Positions 38,049 through 51,799 are shown, numbered from the whole stretch's first letter. The stretch is DNA of 61,558 bases, filler included, from Porpidia crustulata (GCA_964255105.1; 6 parts of 6 records of this genome joined end to end with filler, not necessarily neighbours in it), one strand, 5' to 3'. Notes: a model not told the origin generated them from the letters alone. Translations and numbers: made by a program.

Positions 38049-39499
38049 GCTACCGTTGTAGGGCGCAACATACCGCGCGATTTTGCAGGTAGACGCGACC
38101 GAAAGAGAAGGCAGTGCTTAGGCAAAAGGTTGACAGTCAGGCCTCATTTGTTCTTTCAACGTTTCGATTGAAGGCTTCAGAAACCCATCTAGCTGGCTGC
38201 AGATGTAGTCTTGATATGTTTATGGTTTGGCCATAAGCTAGGTTGGCCCCACAACCCACAAATCATTGATAGCCACTGATCCTCAAGATCAAAGCAGCGG
38301 CGCGCAGGTCACAGTACTTCCATCTGCTTTGAGTGTGACACAGACTATTCGCGGCAGGGATATGGGACTCTAAAGGCCATCCGGGGGCGATAATTTGACG
38401 TTGTGTATGCATTACTACTGAAGATATGATACCATGTTTTAGCTGAAATGCAGTCCATGCATCGGTCATGAGATAACCGTGCGATCACACTGTCAGGTCT
38501 GAGGTGATACTGGGGATGCGAGAGTCAACCATTCACGCGAGTCTACTTGGTGATTATGGTATAATATTGACGAGCGCCAGGCAAGAAAATACGGTCCGAC
38601 TTAGTTGATAGCCACTTCAAATGCTAGGCGGAAAAGACTCTGAAGCGCATAGACGTTTGTGCTGGAAATAATCCGAAGGTCAGCGAATTGCGCAAGTTTA
38701 AGCCATCCTATGCAAAACTTTTCATCGAGAGGCAGTATTAGATAGTGACTTAATGGAAAGTGAGATAACTGTTGACCATTTCATTACGCATTAGACATCT
38801 GCGACTATGGTTCTACAACAGAAGAACAACTTCAGGAATAGCTCCAGTACTCCAAAGACACCCAGTACTTCAAAGACACTCAAAGATTTCTATAGCATTG
38901 CTCTTCTACTCTACCCACTATGTCCAAGGCGCTTCAAAATTTCAAGAAGCTCACGGTTGAACAGAGATAAGTGGGAGAACTCTGGCAAAATCATACATCA
39001 GGGTGCTGTATTGCGCCACCTAGAGCTGCTAAGAACTATAATAATTGGTAGCTCCCCCTGTTTTGCTGGGGAAGTGAAGAATGACAAGAAGTGGGTTTGT
39101 CTTCAAGCCAATTAGTAGGCCACCAATCAGAGGCTCAAAGACTGGGTGACGAATGGGACCGACGTAAACTTGGCCTTTGCAGACCTTGACGTAAATGTGA
39201 ATGACAAAGAAAAATCGACATGTAAAAATTCAAAAACAATTCAGACTGAGCTGTCTACACTGGGACCGATTCTGTTGCTACGCAATTCAATCTATTTCTA
39301 TGTTATCAAGCATCAAATCTAAACCCTGTTTATAGAGGGTCAATTGATTGTTTGCCCCACAATGAATTCAGTCTCCTAAGTTCAAAAGATAGGATGCCAG
39401 TGGGACGAGGAGCATTAAATAGTCGAACGTTTGCACAATGTATGGCCTTCCCTAATCCCTTTCCATTGGCTACGTGTGCCTGACATATTCCTATCGTCT

Positions 39500-40260
39500 T
39501 ACTTTATGGAATCAAAGCATCCTCGCTTCTTTTTCCGAGGTGTCTGGGACTTGTCTGTGGAGATGATGCTCAATGAGCTCCTTTTCTTGTGCCTGTATCT
39601 TCTCAAAATTCCATCCATCTGAGAATTTACTCTCTTGCGTATGTTTCCGCGGCTTGACCCAGACTTGATATCCAGTCAGTTGCATCCCGTGTGCAATCAG
39701 CTCCTCTTTCTATTCTACAAATGGACAGCCCCACTGAGTCCAATCCTTTGCCAATTGCTGGAAAGCTGGATTAGAAGATCCCTAAGTGGTACCACGCTGT
39801 CTTTATAGGTTTGCTTGCGCAATATGAATAAGCGACGTATAATATCATGAACTTTTGTAATAGCTAAGTATGAGTTACGATGACCCTAACTAGAACAACT
39901 TCATAACATTTCGCTTGCATGGCCTAGTGTCTCTATGAGAGTGCGAAGGCCATTCCGTCCGGGTCCATTGTCTCAATGTCAGATGGGAGTTCTGGTTCAA
40001 TTACGCCTGTCTCGTAGTCTTCTGGAGATTTGAGAAAGTGTGGTTGCCGCACCTGTGTACGACCTGGCAAGATTGAGATGAACTGCCAGTCGATTACACC
40101 AACGATATCAGTAGGATCATCTTCTGAAACAATGATATTACCCATGTGTAGATCTATATGCCAAAGACTCGGTCAAGTATAACGTCGTAGAAGAGGAGTT
40201 TTGGCTAAATTAGGGATAGTCTTGACTAGATGTTGTAGATGCGAATCAGGAGACTTAAAG
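39500..40260 (-). pseudogene. Decayed APH/choline-kinase-like phosphotransferase (AIM9-like family) fragment
   Basis: LWHIDLHMGNIIVSEDDPTDIVGVIDWQFISILP (HxDLHxxN...IDWQ), followed by TAG at 39933 and further broken fragments (DSVVPLRDLLIQLSSNW). Boundaries are approximate. Confidence 0.65.
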
Positions 40261-40570
40261 TGTGGTCTCCTCCGAGCACCAAGTTATGACGTTTAATTCG
40301 TATTCTTAACGTGCCACGCTCTTTACCGAACCCTAGCTAAACCGAAAGCACAAAAGTCAACCCCTAAACTGTGTAACCAGACATGACAATTGAGAGTATT
40401 TTTGATCGTGATTTATAACGACCCGCGTCCCTATCTCGGTGTCCTGATTGTTGCTTTCTTAGAAGCTGATCTCTGAATGGTGGGAGTGCTATAGTATCGA
40501 TGCTAAAGCTGCTAAGATTTCGTCTCCCTCTAATACCATCTTCAGATCTCCTGATCTTCAGATGAGAGAA

Positions 40571-41033
40571 ATGGATCTGGATGAAGACGCTGCGCCAGCC
40601 CTCGTAGACGTAGATGAGATAAAGAAAAGCATACAAGATGAAAGAGACACGACGGCGTCAGAATTTCAAGACTTGAGCCTGGTCAAAGTGCCTATAACAA
40701 TCGTCACTGGTAAATTTCGCCATCATTACATTTGATTAATTTTATATCTATCTTACCCTAACATCAAACCTATAGGTTATCTGGGAGCAGGCAAAACCAC
40801 ATTAGTCAACTACATCCTTAAAGAGCAGCATGGCAAGAAGATTGCAGTAATTCTGAATGGCTTGTATTCACTGTCATGCCTAGATTTTGCCCACCACTGA
40901 TATGCTAACAGCTTTCTAAGAATTCGGTGACTGTGGGTCCTCCTCATTCGGTATGCAGAACCACTGATTGTTAAGAATCTATGGAATAGCCGCCGACGTC
41001 GAGAAAGCCCTCACCATCTCCCAAGATGGCGAA
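40571..41033 (+). CDS. ZNG1: COG0523/CobW-family Zn-chaperone GTPase (ZNG1-like), 5' part only
   Basis: [13 protein letters not shown] (PxLV motif)...[46 protein letters not shown], truncated by the gap. Not in the ORF track because the exons are short. Confidence 0.88.
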
Positions 41034-41133
41034 NNNNNNNNNNNNNNNNNNNNNNNNNNNNNNNNNNNNNNNNNNNNTTAATTAATTAANNNNNNNNNNN
41101 NNNNNNNNNNNNNNNNNNNNNNNNNNNNNNNNN
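41034..41133. other. Artificial contig spacer
   Basis: 44 N + TTAATTAATTAA + 44 N. Confidence 0.98.
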
Positions 41134-43465
41134 CCCTCAACCCTCTCCCCACCCCCCGGCTGATCCAATCACTAATTGCCATATTCGTCACCATCGGATT
41201 CACCCCGCTCGCGCTCGGAAACACGCTCGCGTCCGCAACATACAAGCCCTCGGTGCCCCATACCTGACCCGTCGGATCAACCACGCTGTTCCGCTCCTTC
41301 GCGCCCATCCGACAAGTGCCCATCTGGTGCGCGCTGCCGTACATCGTGTCCGGTGCGTTGGCGCCTTTCTTCCGCAGCAGGTCGAGCCAGGCTTGAAAGC
41401 GGGCGTCGTTGACGCCTTGGCCTGCGTCAGCGACAGCGGTAGCGTCGTCGCGCGCGAAGATGGGGATGCCCGCGGTGGTGACGATGATTTCCGCGGCGCC
41501 GGCGACGTAAAGGATCTTGGCGGCGGCGATGACGCCCTCGAGCGCGTGGCGGGCGTCGAAGGCGCTAGGGGTGTAGGCCATGCGCAGGCGGCCGTCGACG
41601 GGGTCGGGGTAAACACGGCCACTGTCGCGGTCGCGGACAAGGGAGATGTAGCCAGTCATGTGGTTGGTGCGGGAGCAGAGCAGTTTGTAGTCAAGGCCGG
41701 AATTCCAGCGCATAAAGGGAAGGATCCAGCCGGGGATCATGGTCATGGCTTCGATCTTGGTGCCGTGGCCGTGGCCGTCGAGGTTTTGGAACTCATCGCA
41801 GACGGCGGTGAGGATGCCTCCTTCCCAGGGGCGGGTTTCTTGAGGGAAGGTTGCCGCGATGAGGGCAACTGGTTGGGCTAGGTTAATGAAGGGGGAAGGT
41901 ATGGATGCTGGAGCGTAAACGTACCGGGATGTAGGTGGAGGTTCCGGCCTATTTGAGGGTTTTGGATGCCGCTTCGGAGGAGGAGCAAAGGGCTTTGGAG
42001 GGTTCCGGCAGAGACAATGACGCGTTTGGCTTTGATGACGACTTGACGAGTAGTTTTGTCTGTGCCATCCACACCACCATGGCTATCTCTTGATGTCCAA
42101 GTACCTTTCACACCTACTGCCACTTTCTTTCCCTTGATAATGTCGAAGATCACCTTGTCTGCCTGGAAGCCTTCGATGAACTTGGCTCCAGCTCTTTCGG
42201 CGTCTGGTAGGAAAGAAACGACCGGGCCTTGCTTTTCAGCGGTACCGCAGCCAAGGGTACAATAGCCACAATAATGTTTCTTTCCGGCCGTATTTTGAGG
42301 GACCGCTTTGACACTGAAACCGAGTTTCCTGGCTCCTTCAAGAAGAACTTCATTGGTCGGATTATGTTCTATGTGAGCTGCTGAGACTCCCATGCGATGG
42401 CATATACGATCAAGTGAATTTTGGAACTCAGACGAAGTGAAAAAAGGTAGTCCGCCATCCGCCCACTCTTTCCGTACAAAAGCTTGAGTCTGTAACGAAG
42501 CAGACCAGTTGACGGTTCCGCCACCACCCCAAGCCTGACCTGCCAGTACGGCGATACTACTATCGTCCGAAACATCAACCCCTCCATTCATGTACAGATG
42601 AATGTCGGCATCAGCTTTTGACATTGGTAGATGTTCTGGAGGATAATGGTATGCCTTCTCTACCACAATGACTCGATGGCCTGATTCCACGGCAAGATTC
42701 GTCGCGCACACACCAGCACCACATCCACTACCCACGATGACTACGTCAGTTTCGATCACAGCAGGTTCTGCCCCGGGCGGGAACTGCATAAAGCCATAGT
42801 CAAACCCTTTACCAGGTTTTCCATGTACTGGTGCTCGGGGGAATCCAATTACAGGACTGAGAACAGCACTCTTTTTCGTCCAGGTTGAGGTCATCATGGC
42901 CTGCAAGGCTCTGGCACTTTGATTGAGGGGCGGTAGGTACGATTTCTCCCAACTATGCAAAATCTGTTGGCGGATTTGCACAGGTTGAAGGTGGAAAGAG
43001 GTCGTGTAGCCGGTAGTCAAAAGACATCCAGCCCGAGTACTAAGATAACTTTAGGCTTGATGCTTATGCGATATTAACTGCTGCTGGCGCTCACTCTAAG
43101 GCAGATAGAATAACTCTTATTCCTTTCAACGCGTCCTGCCTCACATATTCTCCAAGCTGCCTGTGTAGCGTCTCTTTAAACCCTGGGGTAGAGCTTGCAT
43201 TTTCTTGGAGGTACTGATGAGGGATATCATCAGCGGCGTCTGCAGGTAACGTTTCCTTGATTTTGGCTATCGCTGTAGTATATTCAGAGGCCGAGACAGA
43301 GAGATTGTTGCTGGATGGGGTTGAGGATACGACAAGGGAGGGGATTATGGTGTCTGCGATTGCCATTAAAGTAGCCCATTGTGAGGCCGTAAGGACATCT
43401 CCCTCGGGCGGTGGAGGTAGAGGACTGTCAAGTGGCGCGAGCAGGTTCAATTCGGTGCTGGTCAT
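41134..43465 (-). CDS. Long-chain fatty alcohol oxidase (GMC oxidoreductase, FAO-type); last codons lost in the gap
   Basis: DVVIVGSGCGAG, GGGGTVNWSA, HYCGYCTLGC, GRNLHLHP, SAHQMGTCRM and VADASVFPSASGVNPM; three exons. Confidence 0.93.
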
Positions 43466-44246
43466 CGTGAGGAGATTCCGCAGCTGTTGCCACTCCTGTC
43501 CTTTGCGGTCTGTATTAGAATTTCTACGAAGACTGAAGCCCCAATGAAGCTATGGCGAAGGCGGGGCGACATGATGTTCTGGACTGACAGATCGACCGGC
43601 GTCCTCAGTGGCCTGCACCGTCCAGGCACGCAGACCTCGGCTGTGTGGCACTGAGGGGCCGCTTTCTTGTTACGTACCTAGATGGATACGTTAACGCTAA
43701 AGCACTCAAGGCGGGAGACGCTGTGAACAGTCTGCCATGTCGCAGCAGACCTAAGAAGCTGTAGGGTATTCATCTTATCAAAAGATCGCGAGGAAAGGTG
43801 CACACCGAAATAACAGATCTCTGCTCCACTGGTATGCTGCCATCATAGGGATTGGTGTGCCATCGCTGTCGAAGAATAGGTGTCTCGTACCGATATCAAG
43901 CGCTGATCCGTATTAGGTCTTATGGTTTGGGTGAGCTGATTGGTTCGCTGTGGGCGAGCCGATTGGTCCGCGTTACTCAATGGCTCGGTCCGATCGTGGA
44001 GGTCAGCTCAGCCTCGTTGCGCACGCACAATATGACGATGAGCATAGGTAGGGTGGTAGGTTGGTAGGTCATCTCACGGAAGGCATTACGCCTTTCAACT
44101 ATGGATATATATAAGGTCATTTGCTATCTAATTTGCGGTTCTAACCTGCTATTTGAAAGTTTACGGTTTTTTCTACAGACCAGCGTTGATCATGGTAATT
44201 CATTCTGCGCTCTGATTTTCAAAAGTCTTCCTCTCGTTATCGCATA

Positions 44247-46594
44247 ATGGCACTAGATTTTCAATCTTCAAACGATGTTCTCATAAGTGTACTACGAGTG
44301 CTGGAACGCATTGAGGTCAAATTGGACAGGCAAGAGCAACGCGCGAACGGCCTTGAGAGACAGACAAAATTAGAACCTGATCATTTCAATCCCGCCAAAA
44401 CATCTAAGCGCAAGATCAGAGCTTGTCTGCTTTCTGAGAAGCCGGACCCTGTTCCTCTTTCGCTGCCACTCACTATTCCTTACGATATCTGGCGATTGGG
44501 CGTTTCAAAAGCTCACCAAACCCTTGATTTGGATTTTCTGCGGGTCATTGAGAATCAGGTCGGGGATTACTGGAAGATTCCCGATGACGGTCGACTGCCA
44601 CTAAAGTCCTTTAATATCACAGCCGACAGTCAAAATGCCGAAGCCGATCAGCCTAAGCTGTACACGAGAACAAAGCGCCAAATGGAAAAGGATTCAAGAG
44701 AGGTGCGCCGATTTGACGATGCCCTAAGAATCCAACCAGGCAATGATTTCCTCATCGTCGATCACGATTCGAAGAATAATGCCAGGCTGTACAGGGTTGG
44801 AGCGAATGCTGTTGGAAGCCAGCTCATAGTGGAGAATGAGCATTCGCAGCGGGCTCCGTGGTCAAGAATAATGTAATATAGATTTGTTGGCCCACTTTTC
44901 ATCGTGCGTTGATAATAACGCATACATCAGATTATATCAGGGCATGACGACAGGCGATAGTATAGATCCTCAAAAGAGGCAGTATATCGGTGGCGTTCAA
45001 GACCCTATACCATATTTTCAAAGAGGTGTTGCAGGTAAAGGATTATGGATGCACATATTCTCTCACCTTCAACTAAAGCAGCGTAATACTACGATCAACC
45101 CCTACGTTGACCCCGGAGCTGGCTTCCATACAACTTTCTATGACATCCGTGAGAGTAAGGATATCGCCGTCAATGAGTTATGGAAGCACGGTCCACTGTA
45201 TGACCACCCCTTAAAATGGTCTTTTAGGAAATGCGCATATACTGTAAGCATGATCTCTAGCAGCCGATCAGATCGATTTAATTATTGACGAAAAAGTTAT
45301 ACACCCCAACGCCACCACAACCCGTCCCGATGGGTGGCGATGTTACCAGTGCTTCAATCCAAAACTGGACCATACTGGTGCTCGCACCTGATCATTTCTT
45401 CAACGAGCATAATACATCTTTTCCAACAAAGGATATTTCCGCCGAAAGGGCCCAAAGCCTTGGCCATTGCCTTGGCCGGCTCACTCAGCAAGGAGCTGAA
45501 ATGAACCTTATTGGTCAAGGTCTCGAAAGAATTAGCGAGCGATGGGCGGATTTTCAAAGTTTCTTTGATTTTATACTAGACAACGGAGACTCCTTGATGC
45601 AGCCCAGCGAACACGACAATTTGCTTTTTGATGACGGGGCATTCTCGCGGTCAAGGAAATACTTCTGGGCAATTGACTGCTTGTCCGAGTTTGATCTCTG
45701 CATCACCGATAATCTTGTCCAATGGGAACTATATAAGACAGCACGCATCCAGCCGTTATTAGATGCTGGAAGTCTCCCAGATCTTGACCGAACCCAGTTG
45801 AGGAACGCGGAGAGACAGTACCATATCTTACAGAATCAGCGTGAGTATTTCCGACATAAGCTTACAGCTACAAAGGCCTTGAGAGATGCCGTAAGTCAAC
45901 TACTGCCATTCTTGAAGCTATCTAATTGCGAACCATAGCTATTTACTGCAAGCGCCGTTATTGAAAGCAGAGTATCGACTAGACTGAGTCAAAATGTGAA
46001 GCTCCTCACCTTTGTTAGCGTATTCTTCCTGCCTATGGCATTCTGCACAGTACGTATTCCCTTTTGCAAGTGCCTTGACAGCTTAATCACGACGAATTAT
46101 TATCACGCACTAATGTTATGTAGTCCTTGTGGAGTATTAATGACAAGTTTTCATCATCAGCTCTAATTTACGTTGTCATAATTGTGGCTCTATCAACTTA
46201 TGTTACTGTATTCAATATGAATAGCTTGGTCCATACTTTCAGCCTTCTATACGAGGCTAGGAAAAGGAAAGTAGTACGTGCGATGCACTCTGATCCAGGC
46301 GAGACGTGGAAACAGCGTGGCCAGAGATTTGAAGCATTTCGTCCAAAGCATGAGAACCCCCAACCTTCGGAATGGTATGTCTTGCTCTATGCTATGTTGA
46401 ATCCTGCAGCCTTTCTGGGGTTCCGTCGACACGGGAACTGCGACGCTTCTCGATTAGGGACGGAGACACATACTAAACCCCCATCCTCGGGCTTCTTCAG
46501 TATTTTGAGCCGCTTCAGCAGGCAGAGGGATAAAGCAAAGGATTCCTGGCGAGAAGACGAAGGATGGGTGATTGAAAGTCGTGCCCCTCCTTGA
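44247..46594 (+). CDS. Fungal CorA-like transmembrane-domain protein, multi-exon
   Basis: HDNLLFDDGAFSRSRKYFWAIDCL, KALRDA|LFTASAVIESRVSTRLSQNVKLLTFVSVFFLPMAFCT|SLWSI with two C-terminal TM helices; canonical introns between the ORFs. Confidence 0.75.
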
Positions 46595-46974
46595 TACCAT
46601 AGACGACAGCTCGAATTTTTGTGCTCTAGAAATTGGGCAAGCCGACAGAGCAAGCATCGACTGAATCGAGAAAGCTATTCCTTAGTTGAGATAGGCGACA
46701 TCTTTCACGGAGACACACATCAACCTGACCTATTTCAGAAAAAAAGGGTTTTCTGCCTCTTACCGATTCCAATGGGTCCAATCAGCTCGACCAGAAAATT
46801 TTCACATGGCCGCCGCTGGGATATGAAAGGTATTTTGTCATTAGTCTCATGGATCTAGCGCCTTCAGATGATATGGACATAACTTATTCTTGCGCAGATT
46901 ATCTCAAAAGAAAGAATCGTAGTCAGTAGGTTTTTCCCTGCCGCGTACGAACACCGCAAACCCCCAAGACATTG

Positions 46975-47265
46975 CAGCTTCAACCGCCTTTCATGTCTTC
47001 TTGTCCGCAGATCTTCCTAGGGCTTCCGTCCAACGGAGTCCCACTTTTGCCTGCGCCGTCAGTTTGGCCTTCTCCAGCGGCTCCCTGACCGCCCGAACTA
47101 CCATTTCACTCCGCCGCGGACTGGAAACGAGCTGCGAAGCTGGTTGAAGACATATCTTTACCACCCATGGTCTTCAAGTGTGACAGCATAAATGTTATGG
47201 GGAAATTTGGACCTTGAGGGAATTCAACTTGAGAAGACCGAATGAACGCCTTGTCGGCTTGAGTT
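46975..47265 (-). pseudogene. Possible relic of a small SMP/LEA-like hydrophilin gene
   Basis: TQADKAFIRSSQ, intron, then TMGGKDMSSTSFAARFQSAAE* followed by a Gly-rich tail. Resembles fungal ..DASRIQS.QA.GG.....FAARAQSAA proteins. A poly-A run sits where the start is expected, and there is a premature TGA at 47106-47108. Confidence 0.4.
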
Positions 47266-50200
47266 TTTTTTTTTTGAAGCTCGCCCCCCAAGTTACACTT
47301 ACATATTTGGTTTTTGAGACGTGGAAGCGGAGTCTGTATATTGTACTTGAGTGAGAGAGTGGGATTTTGATGAGGGCTGAGATGCCCGCGGACAAAGAAG
47401 ACTTCTTATACGAGACATCCTTGCAATATCAGGTGGTGTGTCACGTTTACTCAATTTTTTGCTCAGCGTTGGGTAAGCAGGCAACTATGCAACATTCCTT
47501 CTCGCCTGATCGCGAATCAAGGCATTCTCGTGGACTATCAGTGGTCAGTCTGCTCAGATTATGGCCATGACCATCCAGGACCATAGTTTGGTATTCAGAA
47601 GCCCGAACAAGCAATATTCATGGATCCCAACTTGCCAATATATTAGCTTCGCTTAGTACCGCATTCAAGGATCCTCGCTGCAAATTGCCTGATGACACAG
47701 TCTTTCTGGCTCTGCTTACTCGATTTCAACCGATACCTCGGTCTATGTGACTTTCATAGCAATTTTCGACAGGCTCTACCGGAACTCCTCAAAAAATGGG
47801 TTCTTTCAGCTTTATTCCAGGAGGCTGCCACATACACGCACCACGGCATATCAAGATATCTTCTACGAGTCATCTACATGGCTCATTCGGTGAGCGAGGC
47901 CTCAATCCAAACCCAATATCGATCGTTGTAGTTGTAATTGTCTGGCTAGCTTGATTACATCTAGGCATCATGGGAGTCTGCCTATCTAGGATATTGATCG
48001 TGGAATCTTATTTCTTCTAACACGTACTAGAGTTCTAATGGGTTTCCCGAGGAATTTCGAGCTTGGGTATGAACAGCCCAAAGAAGGTTACTCAGCAACG
48101 TAATGGATCATCATATCACTGGGCTGCCTAGTCTACCCTTAAAGCGCGGAGAATGACCCACAAGTGCGCCAAAGCGGCCAACCCATGCAGTATTGATCGA
48201 TCCTCTTCCTTATTATCTACATCTCAAGATCAAATTCTATTAGTCTATACTTTTCATGCAATTTCTTTGGTAAGGCGAACAACTACGATGTTCGACAACA
48301 ACAAGGGTACGGGACGAATCCTATGGCTTGCCATTGGTCGCACCCTGCAGGCGCCATATACTGTACAACCCCAACAGTCAACTTTCTACACATTACCTTT
48401 TTTCCTTATCTCATGAATTGACTCGATCGCTTCTAGCTCATGTATGCACACGATATGGCAATGCGGCACCGATTCGAATAACCTTTGGCTTCCGCACGTC
48501 AACCCTTCCAAGCAAAAGCTTCTGTAATATCATTTGTATGTAATATAATTATCTCACTATCTGAGAAATCGCTCGCAATTCATGGGCCCCTTGAGCACTG
48601 CAGCAAGCGGGATTGCAGCCATTCAATGGCGGTCCAACTCGCCGGTTCGATTCAGGATATTCAACGCTTTTTCGTGATCTCAGCGGCGCGACATGTTATT
48701 TGTTATAGCCATCCATAATTGCGCTATATTGATTATCAAAGCCATCAGCAACGTGTCCATTACTTGTATCAATTGACTTTGAAATCCATCGATGTCCTTC
48801 GTCTTCTATGAAAGTTACAATGAAGCCCATGTCTTGGATATCTTGCCCGGCCTGCTCAAACCACCCTTGGCTCCTTCGAAATACTTCTCCTAGGACCTCC
48901 AAGTTGCTTTGGTAAGTTTTAAGGCTCTCATGACCGAAGGATGCATGTCGGGTACGCTCTCCTGTCCCTGCTGCTCTGGATGGAGAGTTTGGAAAGGATG
49001 CATGTTAGCAGCTCGAGGCGGTCGATAAGCCGCTCGATTTCCTGCGATGCAGGTGAACTGTTACGATACAGTTATCCTGGCTGGTCCCATTCCCCCGGCG
49101 ACTGGCACTATGACCAGCCTTGTTGGTTGTCCTGCGAGTCACATATAAAGTAAAGTATATTCTTCAAAAATGAGAAGGACACTACAGAGCGCACAAAAAC
49201 TGTAAAGCGTGCGGAAGAGCGTTTCGATCGCCGCATGCAAAAGAAATATCGCAAGAAATGCAAGCTCCGAACTTTGACAGAGGGCCCTAGCCTTGTGCCT
49301 AGATCGATTGATGAACTTCGTCCACAAATTGGCGAGTTTCGATGACAGAGCTTATATAACTTTGGATATTCTCTTTACTAATTGCTGCACGAATCAGATG
49401 TAGAATATTATAATGTGGCCAATATGGACAATGTTGGAGAGTTGAGATATATATTTATGGCTCATTGTGGTTGAGTTCGTGGGTGCTTTAGTATCACTTG
49501 TAAAGAGAGTATCTTTAGAAGTTTATAAAAGACCACCGAGATAGTTCAAAAGTGATATACTGCCTTCAAGTATGTCATTTCACTTGCTCTCGAGTAAAAT
49601 CTCTGGTATACTTGGTTACTTTTAGTTCAGATATTCGAACATACCAATCAAGTCACCCAAAAGTCAGGTGATCTTTCCAGGTGCCACAGACCGGTCCTTG
49701 GCAGTATGTAATAGCTACAAGAAACTATATCCTCAAAAAGGGCAGAGGCTTCAGGATACCCTATTGATGGAGTATTGCAGATAGCCGGAAAAAGAAATGT
49801 TGTTGGGTGAGGCGGTGAAGGTTTAAACATCAGGGGAACTCTCGGAATCTATGGTCCGGAAAGAGTCCATGAGGGAAATCCAAGGTTCTTTAAGAAGGTC
49901 TCAATATAGAACTTAGAAGAAGGAATAGGAAAAGGGAAAGGAGTCAAAGAAGAAGGCCAAAATACAACACATCCTTCATAAAATCCTTCAAGAGAGTACA
50001 TCACCAAATCACAAAACCCTTTCCAGTCGACTAGCTTGCTGATCAAGAAGGTCATCATCGATAAAGTCCTTCAGTAGAGCCCAAAGATCGATAGAAAGAA
50101 GAGAAGGTTCAAAGACATGACGTCGAAGAACAGCGCAGAATCAAAAGGATCAAGGAGATAGAAAATAAGCCTATTAGCTGAGGAAGAGAACTTTTCAGAG

Positions 50201-51302
50201 GAAGATCCAATCATTTCACACTTAATCCTCTTAGAGGACTACTACAAGTTGAAACCGGAGTATAAGGCACTTATGAAGAATATCTTGAAGGGCAGATCCG
50301 GAACTGCAAGCTGCCGTTGAGATTGACCGCATTGATAAGTTGAATTTGTTAGATGGACACGTCCTTTTCATGAGTGATGCAGCGATTGTCTGCATCTGCA
50401 CCGTCGCCAGACAGTGGTGATTGGGCGCAAACTTAGGGCGATTTGTTGGAGCAAGTATTGGATGTGATAGCTTCAAACTTTCTCAGCAATTTTATGAGGA
50501 GCCTGGATAGTAGTCGATGTCAGACAACGTCCAGACAAATAATTCAAACCTGGCGTTAATATTCAGGGACTTAGAAGAGCGTCTTCATACGTCGCTTCAA
50601 GTTATATAAAGCACTTGTGAGATTATATATCAGAGTCAAAAAGTGATGATCTGCTCCATATACAAAGATCAAGCTTGCTCAAAAGCTTTACAATCCTGTG
50701 ATCGGAAGGCCTTGGGCTTTGTTATTGCCTGGCTGCAGGGCCCTCTAGCAGCAGGATAGTCTACGGTCTGTCAAGCCCTAAGAGTTTAGGACAGCCCAAA
50801 ATCAAGATTGAATGAGGTACGTAACGAATCAACAAGTCCGCTGCAGCGCCATCACGTTCCATTGCCTGTCTCGAGGCGTCGAAGGCGTTGAACCTTAGCA
50901 TCATCAACTGCCGAGAGTAACGTGACGCGTCACATCTTCAAAAATCCTATTAAATCACTCATACAAATAAATCGTGGCAATTTCTTATCCTCCGCAAGTG
51001 GAAGGTAAATAAAGAGATCAATTCTACAACATTAATCTGCAGATAAAAACATAAGTAACCGACCGTACCGAAAAGCGGAAGTATCTCCGCACCAACCGAG
51101 CACTAGCGCGGGACGGAATTCTCCCGACCTGCCTGAAGCCGCTGTCCAAGATTTACCTATCCATGATTCTCATCTTCAAGATGCCAGACTAACAGCACCC
51201 CCAGCAGCTGCCGCCCTCGCGTCAGCTCGCTCCTCTTCCCAACCAAGCCCATCCTACACACCCAAACTATGTATCACCTCGCCAAATCCCTCTACCTCCA
51301 TG

Positions 51303-51402
51303 NNNNNNNNNNNNNNNNNNNNNNNNNNNNNNNNNNNNNNNNNNNNTTAATTAATTAANNNNNNNNNNNNNNNNNNNNNNNNNNNNNNNNNNNNNNNNNN
51401 NN
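51303..51402. other. Artificial contig spacer
   Basis: 44 N + TTAATTAATTAA + 44 N. Confidence 0.98.
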
Positions 51403-51799
51403 GGTGGGGCGCGGGAGTGATGTTGGATGGAAGCTGGTATTATGTTAGATTTTGAGACGAGCAAGGAGTCAAGTTCTGCGGGCTCCGCCGATCAGATGGA
51501 GACTTGTGTGAATAATGTTTCCCGCGTTAGAAACATGCACCATGATAGAATCGTCGTGAGGCAGAACGAATCATCTGGTAGGTACAAAATCATGTTCGAA
51601 AACTCTCAACGCCACAGCACGTTTGAAGAAACCCCATCGATCACGACCTCGTTGGAAGCCGTTCACCTTCGCAGAATCGTCACGATTTCAAGATTCAGAT
51701 CGAAAACCTCGCTCCCGTTGACGATTTCCCTTCCAATCATCTGATGAATCTACCATTGCAATGGTCCGCATTTTCCGCAAAAGAAAAACCAAAACTCCA

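Noticed and set aside
47400..51302. Possible RIP-degraded transposon
   Set aside because: AT-rich and ORF-poor, but no RT, integrase or transposase motifs, LTRs or TIRs could be identified by eye.
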